DNA of 64,000 nucleotides from Vicugna vicugna (Eukaryota). The notes under the pieces were generated by a model. It worked only from the letters and a program-made list of their open reading frames with translations. It did no database searches and was not told the origin of the DNA. Location of the stretch: assembly GCA_013265495.1 (NCBI GenBank), contig MU061578.1, forward strand, positions 2,117,308 through 2,181,307, read 5' to 3'. This document shows positions 48,071-60,130 of the stretch, piece by piece. Numbering within the stretch: the first letter of the stretch is position 1; each line of letters begins with the position of its first letter. The position numbers and the translations under genes were made by a program.

Positions 48071-48855
48071 TGTGATACTGAGATTTACAATAAATATGTA
48101 TTTGATCTCCATCTGCATTCCTGACACAGAGCTCCTAAAAGTCTTGGAATTTCCTAAATGTTGAGAGCAATCAAGGTGACTATTGTTATGTTAATTAGGT
48201 GGCTCTTGGGAAGCCCCGAGGTTATCTAAGGATGGGGGCTGGTTGCCAGCGGAATCAACCACATGGTTAGAGGGTTGGAACTCTGTCCTAACCCAGGGGC
48301 AGAGAGGGGCCAGAGCTTGAGTTCAATCACCAATAGCCAATGACTTTGTCAATCTTGCCAACTTAAGGAAGCCTCCATAAAAACCCAAAAGGACAGCGAT
48401 CAGGGAGCTTCCTGGTTGGTGAACACGGGGAGATGTGGGGAGAGTGTCACACCTGGAGGAGGCTCAGAAGCTCTGCATCTCCTTCCCACATCCCTTGCCC
48501 TAGGCATCTCTCCCACCTGCCTGTTTCTGAGGTATATCCTTTTATAATAAATTGGTCATCTACTAAGCAAAATGCTTCTGAGTTCAGTGAACCACTCTAA
48601 CAAATTAATTGAATCCAAGGGAAAGGTGTGCAGTCATGGGACCTCTGACCTATAGCCGGTCAGTTACCTGTACCTGGGACTGGCATCTGAACTGGGGCGC
48701 GGGGCAGTCTTCTATGACTGAACTGCTAACCTGTGGGATCCGAAGCTGTCTCCAGATAGTCTGAGAATTGAGTTGAATTGTAGGATACCCAGTTGGTGTC
48801 AGAGAATTGCTTGCTGTGGGGAAAAAAATCCACACCTCCGAACTGTTGGAGCAGA
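48071..48855 (+). mobile_element. MER21-family LTR
   Basis: ACAGAGCTCCTAAAA, GATGGGGGCTGGTTGCCAG, GAGCTTCCTGGTTGGTGAACAC, AGTTGGTGTCAGAGAATTG. Confidence 0.85.
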
Positions 48856-50070
48856 ACCATAGGGTCACCCCCTCAGCAGGTGGGCTCCCAGCGGGCACTG
48901 TTCACACATGCAGTGGACCATGTTCCTCAATGACTATTTCAGTCCCACCCCCAGAAAGGGACTTGAGAGCCAGAACCAAGGTTCAGAGCCAAAGCCCCAG
49001 GACCCATGAGAGCACCTGGTACCAAACAAATGTCTGTCAATGAGGGCATCAGTAAGAAAATCACTTCCTGCCTCCACACTCCATAAGTAAGCATAATTTA
49101 TTTCTTTATTTTGGCTTCAGAGCAAACTTCTCTGGGAAACATTAGCAGAGGGAAAATTCTGAAAGGGAGCATAGAGTAGAGAACTCAGATCAAGCCAAGA
49201 TCTTTGGGGCTTCAGCCACATCCCAATCACACTGTCTGTCACTCTGAGGGGAAAAGGAATGTCCGAGAAAACAAGACATCTCTGTGTGGCACCCCTCACT
49301 CCATCCCCTAAGCACAGGTTGCAAAAGTTTATATTTTTAGCTAACATTTTGTGTGATGCTTTTCTTAACTTTGCAAGTTGCTATTTTACTAGCAGTTTCC
49401 TTTTGGGGCATCAGATGGCAGATTGGATGATTTAAGGGGGAAAAAAAATGTGGTTGCATTTGAAGGTTTTTTTTTTAAGCCTCCAGGAGTCTAATGTGAC
49501 ATTCCAGGGAGGAACACAGCACCATGTGGGTGCACATAACATCTCTCTTAATGATATATGAAATCTCTTTATGGTGACAGATCACCCATGGGGCAGAGAG
49601 GAACCTGGCAGGAGACCGCGTCAGCCTGGTAAGCTGTGACTGCCATGCCTGCCTTTGAAGAAATAGGAAAGGATAAGGGACCTGGAGGTTTCTCCATTTG
49701 GAAAATGCTCATCCATGAGGGATCCAAAGAGCATCTGGCCTCGGTGCCCAGACTTCACAAAATAGGGCATCATTTACATGCAGGCTCTCGAGGCAATGGT
49801 TCATGTGTTCCCCCACCTCTGGGTCGAAGTGGGAAAGTAGCTTCTCCAACAGAACCGCCAGCTATTTATGGGAGAGACTAAGGGGACTCTGGCAGTAGCA
49901 CAGCATGATGAAATGGGAGAAAGAATTTCTCCCCAAGCCAGTGCCACACTTTGCCTGCCAGGCACCGAAGTCCCCTCACAGAGCCTCTTGTAAACACCTT
50001 CTGGACCTCGCCCATTACCTGTCAAGGTCTTTCATGATAACTGTTTGTTCCTCTGACCATTAGGACCCAA

Positions 50071-50376
50071 ATTTACAGACCAGGCAACTGAGACACAGAG
50101 AGATTAAGAAAGTAGCCCCAGAGTTGGCTTCATTCAGCTCAAAGATGGAACAAGAGAGAGAGCAGGTGAACAACCAATCCATGGGAACTTTTATGGGCTG
50201 CCCTTGGAAAACTCACACATCACTGCCCACCTTCCGTTGGCCAGAACTCAGTCATATGGTCCCATTAAAGCATAAGGGATTCTGGGAAATGAAGTCTAGC
50301 TGTGACCCCAAGGGGAAAAGGGAATGGGTTCAGAGCTATCGCTACCACAGGCACTAAGCAAAGACCTGGGGAGCTC
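50071..50376 (-). repeat. Left arm of inverted duplication (MIR fragment + MLT1J-like fragment + flank)
   Basis: Reverse-complement match to 52168-52460, including the MIR/LTR junction. Confidence 0.85.
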
Positions 50377-50579
50377 TAATTAGTCTGGGAAGACAGATTC
50401 GAAAACACACTTTTTGTTATTTTTCAATCACCCATCTTGCCCACCCCCAGAGTTACAATGGAAGCTTTCAAACCTATCGCTGGACAGTACTCAGTGGTGG
50501 AGGGGGTGGAGGTGAAAGTTACCTACAGACAATCTCTGGAGTCATCTGGGGTGCTGCTCACAGGTAGAGCTGAGGTGCA

Positions 50580-50790
50580 ACATGCTGACAGCTTGCTATG
50601 TGCCAGGCACTGTACCCCGGTGCTATGACTGCCTTACTCCTTCAAGCCTCACCCTGATGGTGTTAGGTAGTGACAATGACTGTCCCCGTCTCTCAGATGA
50701 GCAGTTGAAATGCTGAGAGGTCTCACAGCAAATCACAAGAGAAATGGAAATCAGACCCAGGTTAACCTGATCTCAGATCCAAGGGCTCCT
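50580..50790 (-). mobile_element. MIR
   Basis: TATGTGCCAGGCACTG...CAGATGAG. Confidence 0.65.
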
Positions 50791-52167
50791 CCCCACCCTG
50801 CCCCCCAGCTTTTACGTACTTCTACCTCTTTCTTCCCATCAATAAGATTATGTGCTGAGAAATAAAGTCTCTACCTTCTGGTCAAATTATTTAAACCACA
50901 GCATTCACTCACTGGGAAAGGGAAACATTTTCATAAAATATTCAGAATGTGAAATATGAAAGAAAAGAAATATATCCACAGGAAAGTCACTAATCAAAGT
51001 GATTTTCTCATCTAGTTGCCTTACGTGACTGGCGTTCTAGTCAGAACAAGAAAGGAACAAAGGGTAGACGGCCACAAACCCCACGCTTACCAGACAGCTG
51101 CCTGGCAAGCTCTCCGCTTCAAACAAACAGGCTTCAAATTGCAGGAGAAGAAAGACATGTGTGGTCAAATTCCTCACTCAGAACAACTACTAGAGTCCTA
51201 CATGGGGACCCTTGGGTGTTTGTCACCCACATCTGGGATTGCATGCCTCTGAGGCTGTCAGTCCACCTACCTAGATGGTAGATGGAAAGCTAAGAGATGG
51301 GTCATTATCAAGTAGCCTTGTTTCCTACTTGGAGAATTTGCAGAAAAGAATCATGGGGGACAGAATTGTACTTGTGTTGTTGTTTTCTGGTTTGCTTCGT
51401 CTTTGGGGGTATGGGGAGATTTTTCCTATTTTAATGTGTACCTAATTTTGCAAACATCTGAAATCAGAATGTGTGTTTAAATCAATGCTGTGTTGCTTCT
51501 GTTCCCCGTCCTCTCCCCCCACCTCTAAAACAGCATGATTAAAGTGAGGCTGCGATTTATTACCCATGATATCTGAGAATCGGAAGAATCTTAAGCACAT
51601 GGCACTGAACGACTCAGGACTGGAGTATCCACCTCTCTTGTCTGCCCTGAAGGCCCAATCACGTGACAATAAACTGGCCACATGTGGAGGCTTTGAGCAG
51701 AAGATCCTAAGGGGAGAGGCTGACTCACTCAAATTAAAAATACAAACAAAATAAAGGGGGAAAGAGCCAACAATCGTTTTCATTTTTAAAAATAAGACTA
51801 CATTTTAAATATTCATTTGAATGTAGAGTAATAAACTGTTACCCATTTTAATCTGTTTTCTATTTGACAATACTTCATTTGCAGACTCTTCATGGCTTTT
51901 AAAAATAGACCCAGAGTCCAAATCCCCACAGCGTGAGATTTTTCACGCCCTCTAATTTGCAGTAATGTATTTGTGTCAGAGTCTGCCAGCCACCCCAGAA
52001 GACAGCACTGGGACTTGGTGCTGCTGACAGGGCAGCCTGCAGTCTGAGCCCAGGCACCACAGGGGCTGTGGACCAGGTATGGGACTGGGGCTTTGCAAGA
52101 GTGAGGCAACTAGGACTGCCTCACCCAAGCGCTGCCTCTGCCGTGGACAGACTTTCCCCTGAGGCAC

Positions 52168-52460
52168 GAGCTCTCAGAGCTTTTCTTAGTGCTTGGGGTA
52201 GAGAAAGCTCTGAGCTCAAAACCCATTCCTTTTCCCCTTTGGGCTCACAATTAGATGACATTTCCCAACTTCCCTTGTGGTTCAGTGGGACCACGTGGCT
52301 GAGTTCTGGCCAATGGAAGGTGTGACTTTTCCAAGCACGGCCCTTAAGTTCCATGGAGAGTCACCTGCACCCTCTCTGCTGCCATCTTTGAGCTAAATGA
52401 AGCTGACTCGAGGGCAACCTTCTTAACATCTCTATTCGTCAATTGCCTGATCTATAAAAT
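52168..52460 (+). repeat. Right arm of inverted duplication
   Basis: CTGAGTTCTGGCCAATGGAAGG and CCATCTTTGAGCTAAATGAAGC mirror the left arm. Confidence 0.85.
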
Positions 52461-53199
52461 GAAGGCACACGTAGCATCTACCACTGGACTCGTTCTGAAG
52501 AATATGTAATTAAGTCAAAACGAGACAGTAGAACTTAGCGTTTAACCTCATGGACTGTATATCAAAGTTTAAGGCTTTGCTTCTTAGTTGTGTGATTTGG
52601 GGGGCAGTTTTTTGACCTCTCTTCACCTCTTTCCCATTGTCTAAAATAGGAATAACTAGTACTTACTGGATAGTAATGTGATGCAAATAATTGAAAAATA
52701 AAGATATAAAATGCTTAGAATATCAAGAGCCTGGCATCTACTGACTGCTACGTACATCTTAGTTAATATCACTACTGCTGCCACCACGGCTGCAACAATA
52801 ATTACTGTTATTTCAATGCACAAAATGTGCTGACAAGCGTGTCTGGTGCCTAGTACTATTCATAAATGTTAACCGTCATCATAACTTTCTGGAAAATATG
52901 TGTAACAATAGAATATACCAGAATTAAGTGAAATAATGGGTGTAAAGCCTTACCATGGCACCTAGTGTTGAAAAAATGTAAGCCTTTAATAACTTCTGGT
53001 CCGATTAAATGCCATACATGCTCTGATGGAAAAGAAGTGCCCAGGACCAGACACTGGGCATGGATGACATGACCAAGGTGGTCTAGAGCAAGTGGATTAG
53101 TGCTCCAGTGCAAAACTTCACCTTCTCTACAATATGACCTTGACACCATCCTGTTCTAGGCCAACTAGAATCAGGAAGCATTCCAGAGCTAAGGATGGA

Positions 53200-53700
53200 T
53201 AAGGTTCTTAATGAGGGATCTTGGACCCATAAAGTGTCCCTAGGTAGGTCTCAGTGGGTCCATGAACTCAGATAGGAAAAAAAAAAAACCTTTATTTCTA
53301 CTGGCCTCTGGCTGTAATCTAGCATAACCCTTTAATAATAAATGTAAGCAACAAATCACAGTAGTATTATCAGCACCTGTGATTCTGTCACCAACAGAGA
53401 CCACAGAATTTTTTAGTCACGTTACAATTGTCATAGATATCTCAAATATCACTAATGCTTATCACTATTTCCAAATTACAGTAACTATTAGACTTGCTTG
53501 CTATTTAATGTATTAATAAAGAAAGCAACAATTTCACCAGAACACATTTGTTATTTTAGTAAATGCATTTCAATTTACATAGGTTCCTTAGTGATTGTAT
53601 TTCATATTGTGTATTTTAAGACTTTATTCTTCAAAAGGCCCCATAGATCTCCCCAGGTGCCAAAGGGGCTCGTGGAGCAGAAAAAGCAACACCCCCTTGG
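53200..53700. mobile_element. MER113-like hAT-Charlie element
   Basis: GGGTCCATGAAC, AGTAGTATTATCAGCACCTGTGATTCTGTCACCAA, GCCAAAGGGG motifs. Confidence 0.7.
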
Positions 53701-54034
53701 TCTAGGGTCTTGAGGACCCTCAGTTCTATACACTCAAAGAGGCTAGGTCAGGACTCCAGACACCTGTTGGTGATAACACAGGTGTCTTCTGGCAGGTGTC
53801 CTCCTGGGCCCTCTGCTTCTGCATCTACCCGACTCTTCCCAAATCCTCCACAGGATTATGGTAAGAGTCAAATGTGATACAGAAAGCGAATCTACTGGCT
53901 GAAAGGAATAGGTTCAACACAACCTCGGGGGCATCACCCACACCACGCTTTGGAAACTTAACAGCCCCTCCTCTTGATTGCTCATGGGCGTTCTGAGGGT
54001 TGCTCCCCATTCCTCCTCCCAGAATACTGCAAAA

Positions 54035-54310
54035 TCAAAGTTGCCAGGAACTGAGAGAGGCAGAGACCACTGGAGGCATTACTGTCACACTGTGAGTTGA
54101 GTCCCAGCTGGACCCCTTGCTAACCATGTGGCTTTGGACAAAGAGTTTCACCCCTCTGAGCCTCTGCTTCCTCTTCTTTATGATGGAAAGAAGGATAGTC
54201 AAGTGAGAAAAACCGTACAAACTGCAAAAGAGAGTAGCTGGCACGTAAGCACCGTGCAGGGCTTGGTGAAGCACTGTGGCTGGGATGACAAGAGACGATT
54301 ATCGTCATCA
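54035..54310 (+). mobile_element. MIR
   Basis: CCTCTGAGCCTCTGCTTCCTC core. Confidence 0.65.
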
Positions 54311-54319
54311 TTATCACAT

Positions 54320-54710
54320 TGTGGCAGGTACTTCATTCTCACGGATGATCTGTGTGCACCTCACATTTCCGGGACCCCTTGCAGTGGGTGCAGTGGGATC
54401 AATTTTAGCTGGTGGACTGTGGGTGAAAGTGAGGCGGGGTCATTTCTGCGCTGAGACAATGAAGAATACAACAGAGAGTCCCCATTCTCTTTCCTCCTCT
54501 GTGATATTGATGGTGGAGGTGTGCTGACACAGGGGAGCCACAAGACAGAAGCAGCCTTGCTCACTAGGAGAAAGCAAGCCACCCTGAAGGGTCACCCTGT
54601 GTTCACTGGGATGGTCCTATGAGCGAGAAATAAGCCTCTGTTGGGTAAGTCATTGAGATTTCCTGGTTAACCTGTTACTTCAGCATAGCCTAACCTCTCC
54701 TGGCTAATAT
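54320..54710 (+). mobile_element. MLT1H/I-like LTR
   Basis: TGAGCGAGAAATAAGCCTCTGTTG...CAGCATAGCCTAACCTCTCCTGGCTAATA. Confidence 0.75.
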
Positions 54711-57179
54711 ATTAAATTAAAAAAAACCCTCAAAGAAGCCAACAACAGCTCCTAATGATGACAATGGCTAGATCGACACGACATACCTAGAACGCAGCAC
54801 CTTCTGCTAGGACATGCGTAGACGATTCGTTTGTAAGATGTGGGCAGGCTCTAGTCCAAAGACTGAATGTGGTCCAAGAAAAGATGCTCAGGGGTCACAG
54901 TCCAGCTTCTATGTACTATCTGAAAACCCTGCTGACCCAGCATAGTATTTACTCATTGGAACTCAGGAAGCCTCTTGAGATGTTTGTAGATAGTCCCCAC
55001 GTTAGCTGGAACCACTAGGGTGCTATTTCTATACAGCATTCTCTCTCCTTCTCCCTGAAGGTGCAACTAGCTCTGCCTTTCAAAGAGCACTCAATATCTG
55101 TGTGGCTGCCAGTGTGTAAGGAGGGAGGGCCAGCATTCCTGTCCACGGTGCCGCTGAGGACAGCACAGAGAGAGTGTATAAAAATGTAATTCACACATTT
55201 CAAATCAACATGTAAAACCTGTCAGCTGTTTGAGCATTAATTAATATTTTTGCAAACTAATTACATTAGGATGACAAGGCCAGGAAGACACTGAAAGAGT
55301 TGACTAATTTTGTTCCACTCCTCTTGTTTAAATGGCTACATGGATTACCACTTTATTCAATTTTTATTTTTTTTTAATTTACCAGAAATGATCTAAACAC
55401 CACACTATTTCACAGCTATCATCATTTATTCATAGCTCAATAGAGGAAGCCAGAATAGCAATAACTCTTTCTTCCCCCCCTCCTAATTGTCATTCTGGTG
55501 AGATAAGTGGAGTATCAGCCTCTAGTCAAGCTACATTAGTGCCGAGAATCAGGCACGGTCGTGAAGTTTCTCCAAAGTGTGCTAGCATCATTTGTCATGA
55601 GAGGCTTGTGCTGAGCAATCAGACTTTAACCCAAGGGGGGTTTCAAGCCTGCTTCCCCCATCTTAGCTGGGTTGCTGATTCAGAAGGCAAATTGCCTGGA
55701 ATCAAATACTAACCCTGCCTACCAGCCACGCGGGCTTGCATGGAGCCCATCGGCTCTTCGGAGCCTTGGTTTTTCTCACCCATTAAATGAAGGTTATAGG
55801 AATACACATCCACTCAAGTCTGCTGGGAAGAGAAAACGAGGCGATCCATGCAAAACACTCAGCAGTGAGCCCGGCATACAGCGGACATTCAATGCACGTG
55901 GACCACCCTCGCTCCCACCACTCCCATCATGAAGAGTCACCTTCGCCGCTGCCCCTGTTCCCAGGCACCGCATCACACGTCTGACGGATTTCCCAGTCAT
56001 TCTCTCCTCTTGCATCCCTTGCCCACTTACATAGTCAGCCCAAATCAGTCTCTTTGCTGTTTGCCAAACTTGGTCCAGATGATTAAAATAGGCCATGCAG
56101 GGTGGCACTCAGGTCAATGGTCCCCAGTACCTCTTACTGATCTCAGAGGCAGGGCGCGGAGGTGAGAGGGAGAGGAAGATGCATGTCATCCAGAAGTCTC
56201 CCGAGACTTCCCAGGAGACCTGATCCTCCCCTCTAGGTGTTCACTCTCTCCCTGAGCCCACCTCTATTTTAGAACTTGGCTAAAAGCATCTGTTCACCTA
56301 TCTGTGTGTTTTACTAGATTGCAGGCTGCATGAGAGCAGGAAATGTGTCTTACTCATTTTAAGTGACCAGGGTCTACAAACGTAGCTATCAAGTAAATGA
56401 GTGCTTTCAGCTTGTTGAATCAGTGCATGCTCCTCCAGAGAGGTCCGTCTGCTAATATGTATGTAGTCTGCTTGCTTCCAGACCCTCTGAGCCCAGCCTG
56501 GGTACCAGCCACAACCCTCTTCCCTCCTCTTCTCTAGACCCAGTAATTCCAGGATTCTCTCAGGGGGGCCCACAGCTCCCTACTTGGGCCTTCTCCTCCG
56601 ACCCTTTTGAAACCTTTGCTTTTTGGCTTTGGTTTTCACATCAACCAGTTGACTCCCAAGTACCTAGGCTGATTCTAAACCTCCCAACACTCCCCTCCAA
56701 CTGTCACATCTTTAAGCCTTCTCTGATCTCCTCTTGGAAGCCCTACCACTGTGGATCAGTCCATTTCTCCTCTGTCATTGATGAAAATGTGCTGAACTCT
56801 TGGACTTACACAACATTACAGACTCTGACAGGCTGGAGCCTCCACTGTTCAGTCTTAATTTGGTGCATCAAGTCTGAGAGCTAGAGTGAAATGTGAGCCC
56901 CGAGCACATCTTTGATCTTAAACAGTCAGAAGGTTAGAATATATAATGCTGTGGAGATAAATGGTATCAAAACTGTAGCAAATAATTGATGGTATGGGAA
57001 TGGGTTCTATGATCACAGAGCACTCACAAAATCTTAAACCAGAGAATTCATGAAGTTGGTTGAGCTGTGGCAGGGGAAGCCTGGCAGAAGGGAGAACTGA
57101 GAAGAGAAACTGGCTTTTTCTCGTAATGTTGGAAGGTCCAGCCTTTGCCTCTGAGAGATGAAAGGTGATTTCTGGTTTC

Positions 57180-58210
57180 AGCTCATCATCTCAGCTGGCT
57201 TGGGGGTCTGAGAGTCACAGATGGGAATTCCTGATCCCCTTCCTATGACCTCTGTCATTTGTTTAATTAACCACCATAAGCCTCAGTTTGTTCATCTATA
57301 AAATAGGAAAGATAACAATATTCACTTCATAGGGCTCTTGTAAGTGTGGAATTAAATAAGACAAGGTAAATAAACTGCCTTGTAGAGTGCCTGGCATTAT
57401 AGCCAGAAGCTAATTAAAAGCTAGTGGGGGTTTTTTTGTTTGTTTGTTACTCTTTTTCATTAACCCCATTGTAATGTACAAATGGTAAGGTCCTTCTAAC
57501 TCATCCTCAGAGCCTCACTATAACAGAAGCCAATTTTTTCTGATATAAGCAGTAGAGAGAGGATTTTTTTTTGACTGCTCACATTTTCTAGGGACCCTTA
57601 ATTAATTCCCATGGAGTAAGGTGCTGTTGGGAGGCTCAAGAACTGTGCATCCGTTTGATTTAGAGGCTACAAATTGTCCTGGTTGGCACATCTGTTAATT
57701 CCTATTGTAGCTTAGAATGAGTTCCCAACAATGCTGATACAAACAACTGCAGGGACTAGCATATCTTAAGGGCTACTTATGTACCAGCTAATATGCTAAT
57801 TGCCTTTGTACCTTATATCATGAGTTTTTACCTTCTATATGGCTCATTCTTTAGTTATTTTCATTCTGTGGAGGAGACAAATGAGACACACAAAGGTGAA
57901 GTAATTTGCCCGAGTTTCACCTCCAGCAGGGACTGGAGATAGGAAGTGTCAGAGCTGGAGTTTGAGCCCAGGTTTGGGACAGCACAGCCTGGACTCCCCA
58001 GGGTCATGTTCACGGTGGAACTCGCCCCAGCACCATAGTCAGACACTGATTCCAACATTAGTCCTGCTATTTAATTCTCAAGTTTGGTCAACCCATGTCA
58101 CCTCTTAGAGCCTCAGTCTCCTCCTCTGTGAAACATGGATGGTGGCACTCATGTGAAAGATCGCTGTGAAGCTAAGTCAGTGCTCCGCACGCGGTACACA
58201 TGTGGTGAGT
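57180..58210. mobile_element. Three MIRs (about 57180-57420 +, 57740-58000 -, 58040-58210 +)
   Basis: GCCTCAGTTTGTTCATCTATAAAATAGG; GGAGTTTGAGCCCAGG; GAGCCTCAGTCTCCTCCTCTGTGAAA. Confidence 0.7.
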
Positions 58211-58699
58211 GGCACCACGTGTTCCCGGTGCTGCTGTCAGGCTCAGCTCCCTCCCTCGGGGGCTCCGGATGTCAGTTTGTTGGATGGATCTCACTGATCA
58301 ATCAGCCCCTCACCAGTGCCTCACATCAGCCTTCACTCTCCCTGCTTATTTGTCCTCTTTAACGCCCAGTTCTACCTCTGCTCCCCTTGTTCTCAGCACA
58401 TCCAGCGCCCTCTGCTATCTGCAGGGTACACGAAGGCCGGCAGGCATAACCTCATTCAGTCTCTTCCTTCTCCTTCCAATTAATCCATACTTCCTTTCCA
58501 TCCTTTCTTTTCCAAAGTCATAGGAAAAGTGTCCTTTCTCAGCCCAATAATTAATGCCACAGCTCTCTGGCACAGAGCTGAGCCCCAGTGACACAATGGT
58601 GAGCAAAGCACCATAGCCTCAGGGACACCCTGCTCACCTTTCAGCAGGTAAACCCCATCTGTGCTCTGATCTCCACCCTCGTGTGCTCTGAGGCAGGTT

Positions 58700-59500
58700 C
58701 TCCAAGCCTACAACATACTCAAGCCTCTGCCACCTTCAAAGCTCCTTCAAGCCAGGGACCATCACTGCCTTGGCTCAACCATTTGTCCCTTGAAAGGCTG
58801 GTCTATCTTGTACTTACATGTCTTCTCTTTCCATTTCCTCCTTAAACCATCCACGTCTAACTCCTGCTTCTGCCACCTACCTCGGGAAGCCTGTTGTTGA
58901 GGACGCTGATGACTGTACACCTGCCAAACCCAGTGCCATCAACCCGGTGCTAGCTCTCCTTGACCCCAGTGAATCATTCGACATCCTCGCCCCCTTCTTG
59001 TAACCCTCTTCCCCTTCGGTTTCCATGAGGATCTTGGCCTTGGTTTCTCTGCGTTCACTCTGATCACATCCACTCACCTTCACGGCCCCTGCACCGCTTT
59101 AACACTTACGCCCTGAACACACAAACTCCTTCCCATCTGTGCCTTTTCTCTGATTCTCCACTTTTCTTGACTTCAAGCCACCAGTCTGCATGTTACCTCC
59201 TCCAGGAAGCCTCCATAGATATTTCACTCCTATCTAGGCTCACTTATATTTGAACCCAGATGCAAAATTTAAGGAACATGGCGCAGGGTTTACAGAGAGG
59301 GCTTTGCTCTTATGAGAACTGTGGCCCTCATGAAACAAGTGACACTATACCTCTTATGCTATACGCCCCTTCTCCATCGTATTGGACCTTACATTCTTTG
59401 AGGGTAAGATTGTATGTCCAAGTTGTGTGTGTATCCCAGGGCCTAGTGCTTTGCCTAGAATGTAATAGCTGTCACTTAGATGTCCATCAGGTTTTAAAAA
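58700..59500 (+). mobile_element. L2 fragment retaining a decayed RT motif, followed by an L2 3' portion
   Basis: ORF 58818-59003 reads VLALLDPSESFDIL, resembling the L2/CR1 RT motif LxLLDLSxAFDTV. Confidence 0.7.
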
Positions 59501-59899
59501 GGTTAACTGTATCTCCAGGTGTGAGTTTGGAGCCCTTGAATTAAGACCTGATGACTTTTTAAAGGTTCTTTAAGCATTCTTGCGAGCTGGCTTCAAGGAC
59601 AGAGATGACTATCACAGTGTGATTGGCTAAATTAGACAAGGCCAAGTAGGCCCACTGGAAAGTATTGCTGCTTTTTAAGTGGATCTCGTCCTTGACGGAG
59701 CGAAGGAGGCCATGAACCCCAGCGTGAATTAAGCCACGTAAGTCAACTTCTGCCCGCTTAGGGTCTAGGCCAGCCACTATGCAAAATCACCACAGCAAGT
59801 TTCAAAGCCATCGGCCTCAACATAAATTTCTAGTTATCTATTTATTGGCTTACTTTGCACAAGAGACAAAGGACAGAGGGTCGTGAGAGGAAGCCAAGC

Positions 59900-60130
59900 A
59901 ACAATTGTTGGTCATCTGCTCTGTGCCAGGTACTGTCTTAAGCACTGCATACAGATTATCAAATTTTAAAATTCAGGTCAATCTTCTGGGGTGGTTTTTC
60001 ATCATCCCCATTTTACTGATAAGAGACTTATTCAGCAGTTAAGCGACTTGCCGGCAGGCACATAACTTGTAAGTTGTGGACCCATGATTCATGTGTCATC
60101 TCTAAGACCCCAAAGCTCATGTTTTTCCCA
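59900..60130 (-). mobile_element. MIR
   Basis: TGTGCCAGGTACTG...ATCCCCATTTTACTGAT. Confidence 0.7.

Noticed and set aside
50124..52354. Paralogous small proteins (WPELSH motif) on opposite strands
   Set aside because: The similarity reflects the DNA-level inverted duplication of an MLT1 fragment, not coding constraint
59559..59777. Protein-looking 72-aa minus-strand ORF
   Set aside because: Non-ATG start, no recognised family and no convincing splice sites; more likely non-coding unique sequence
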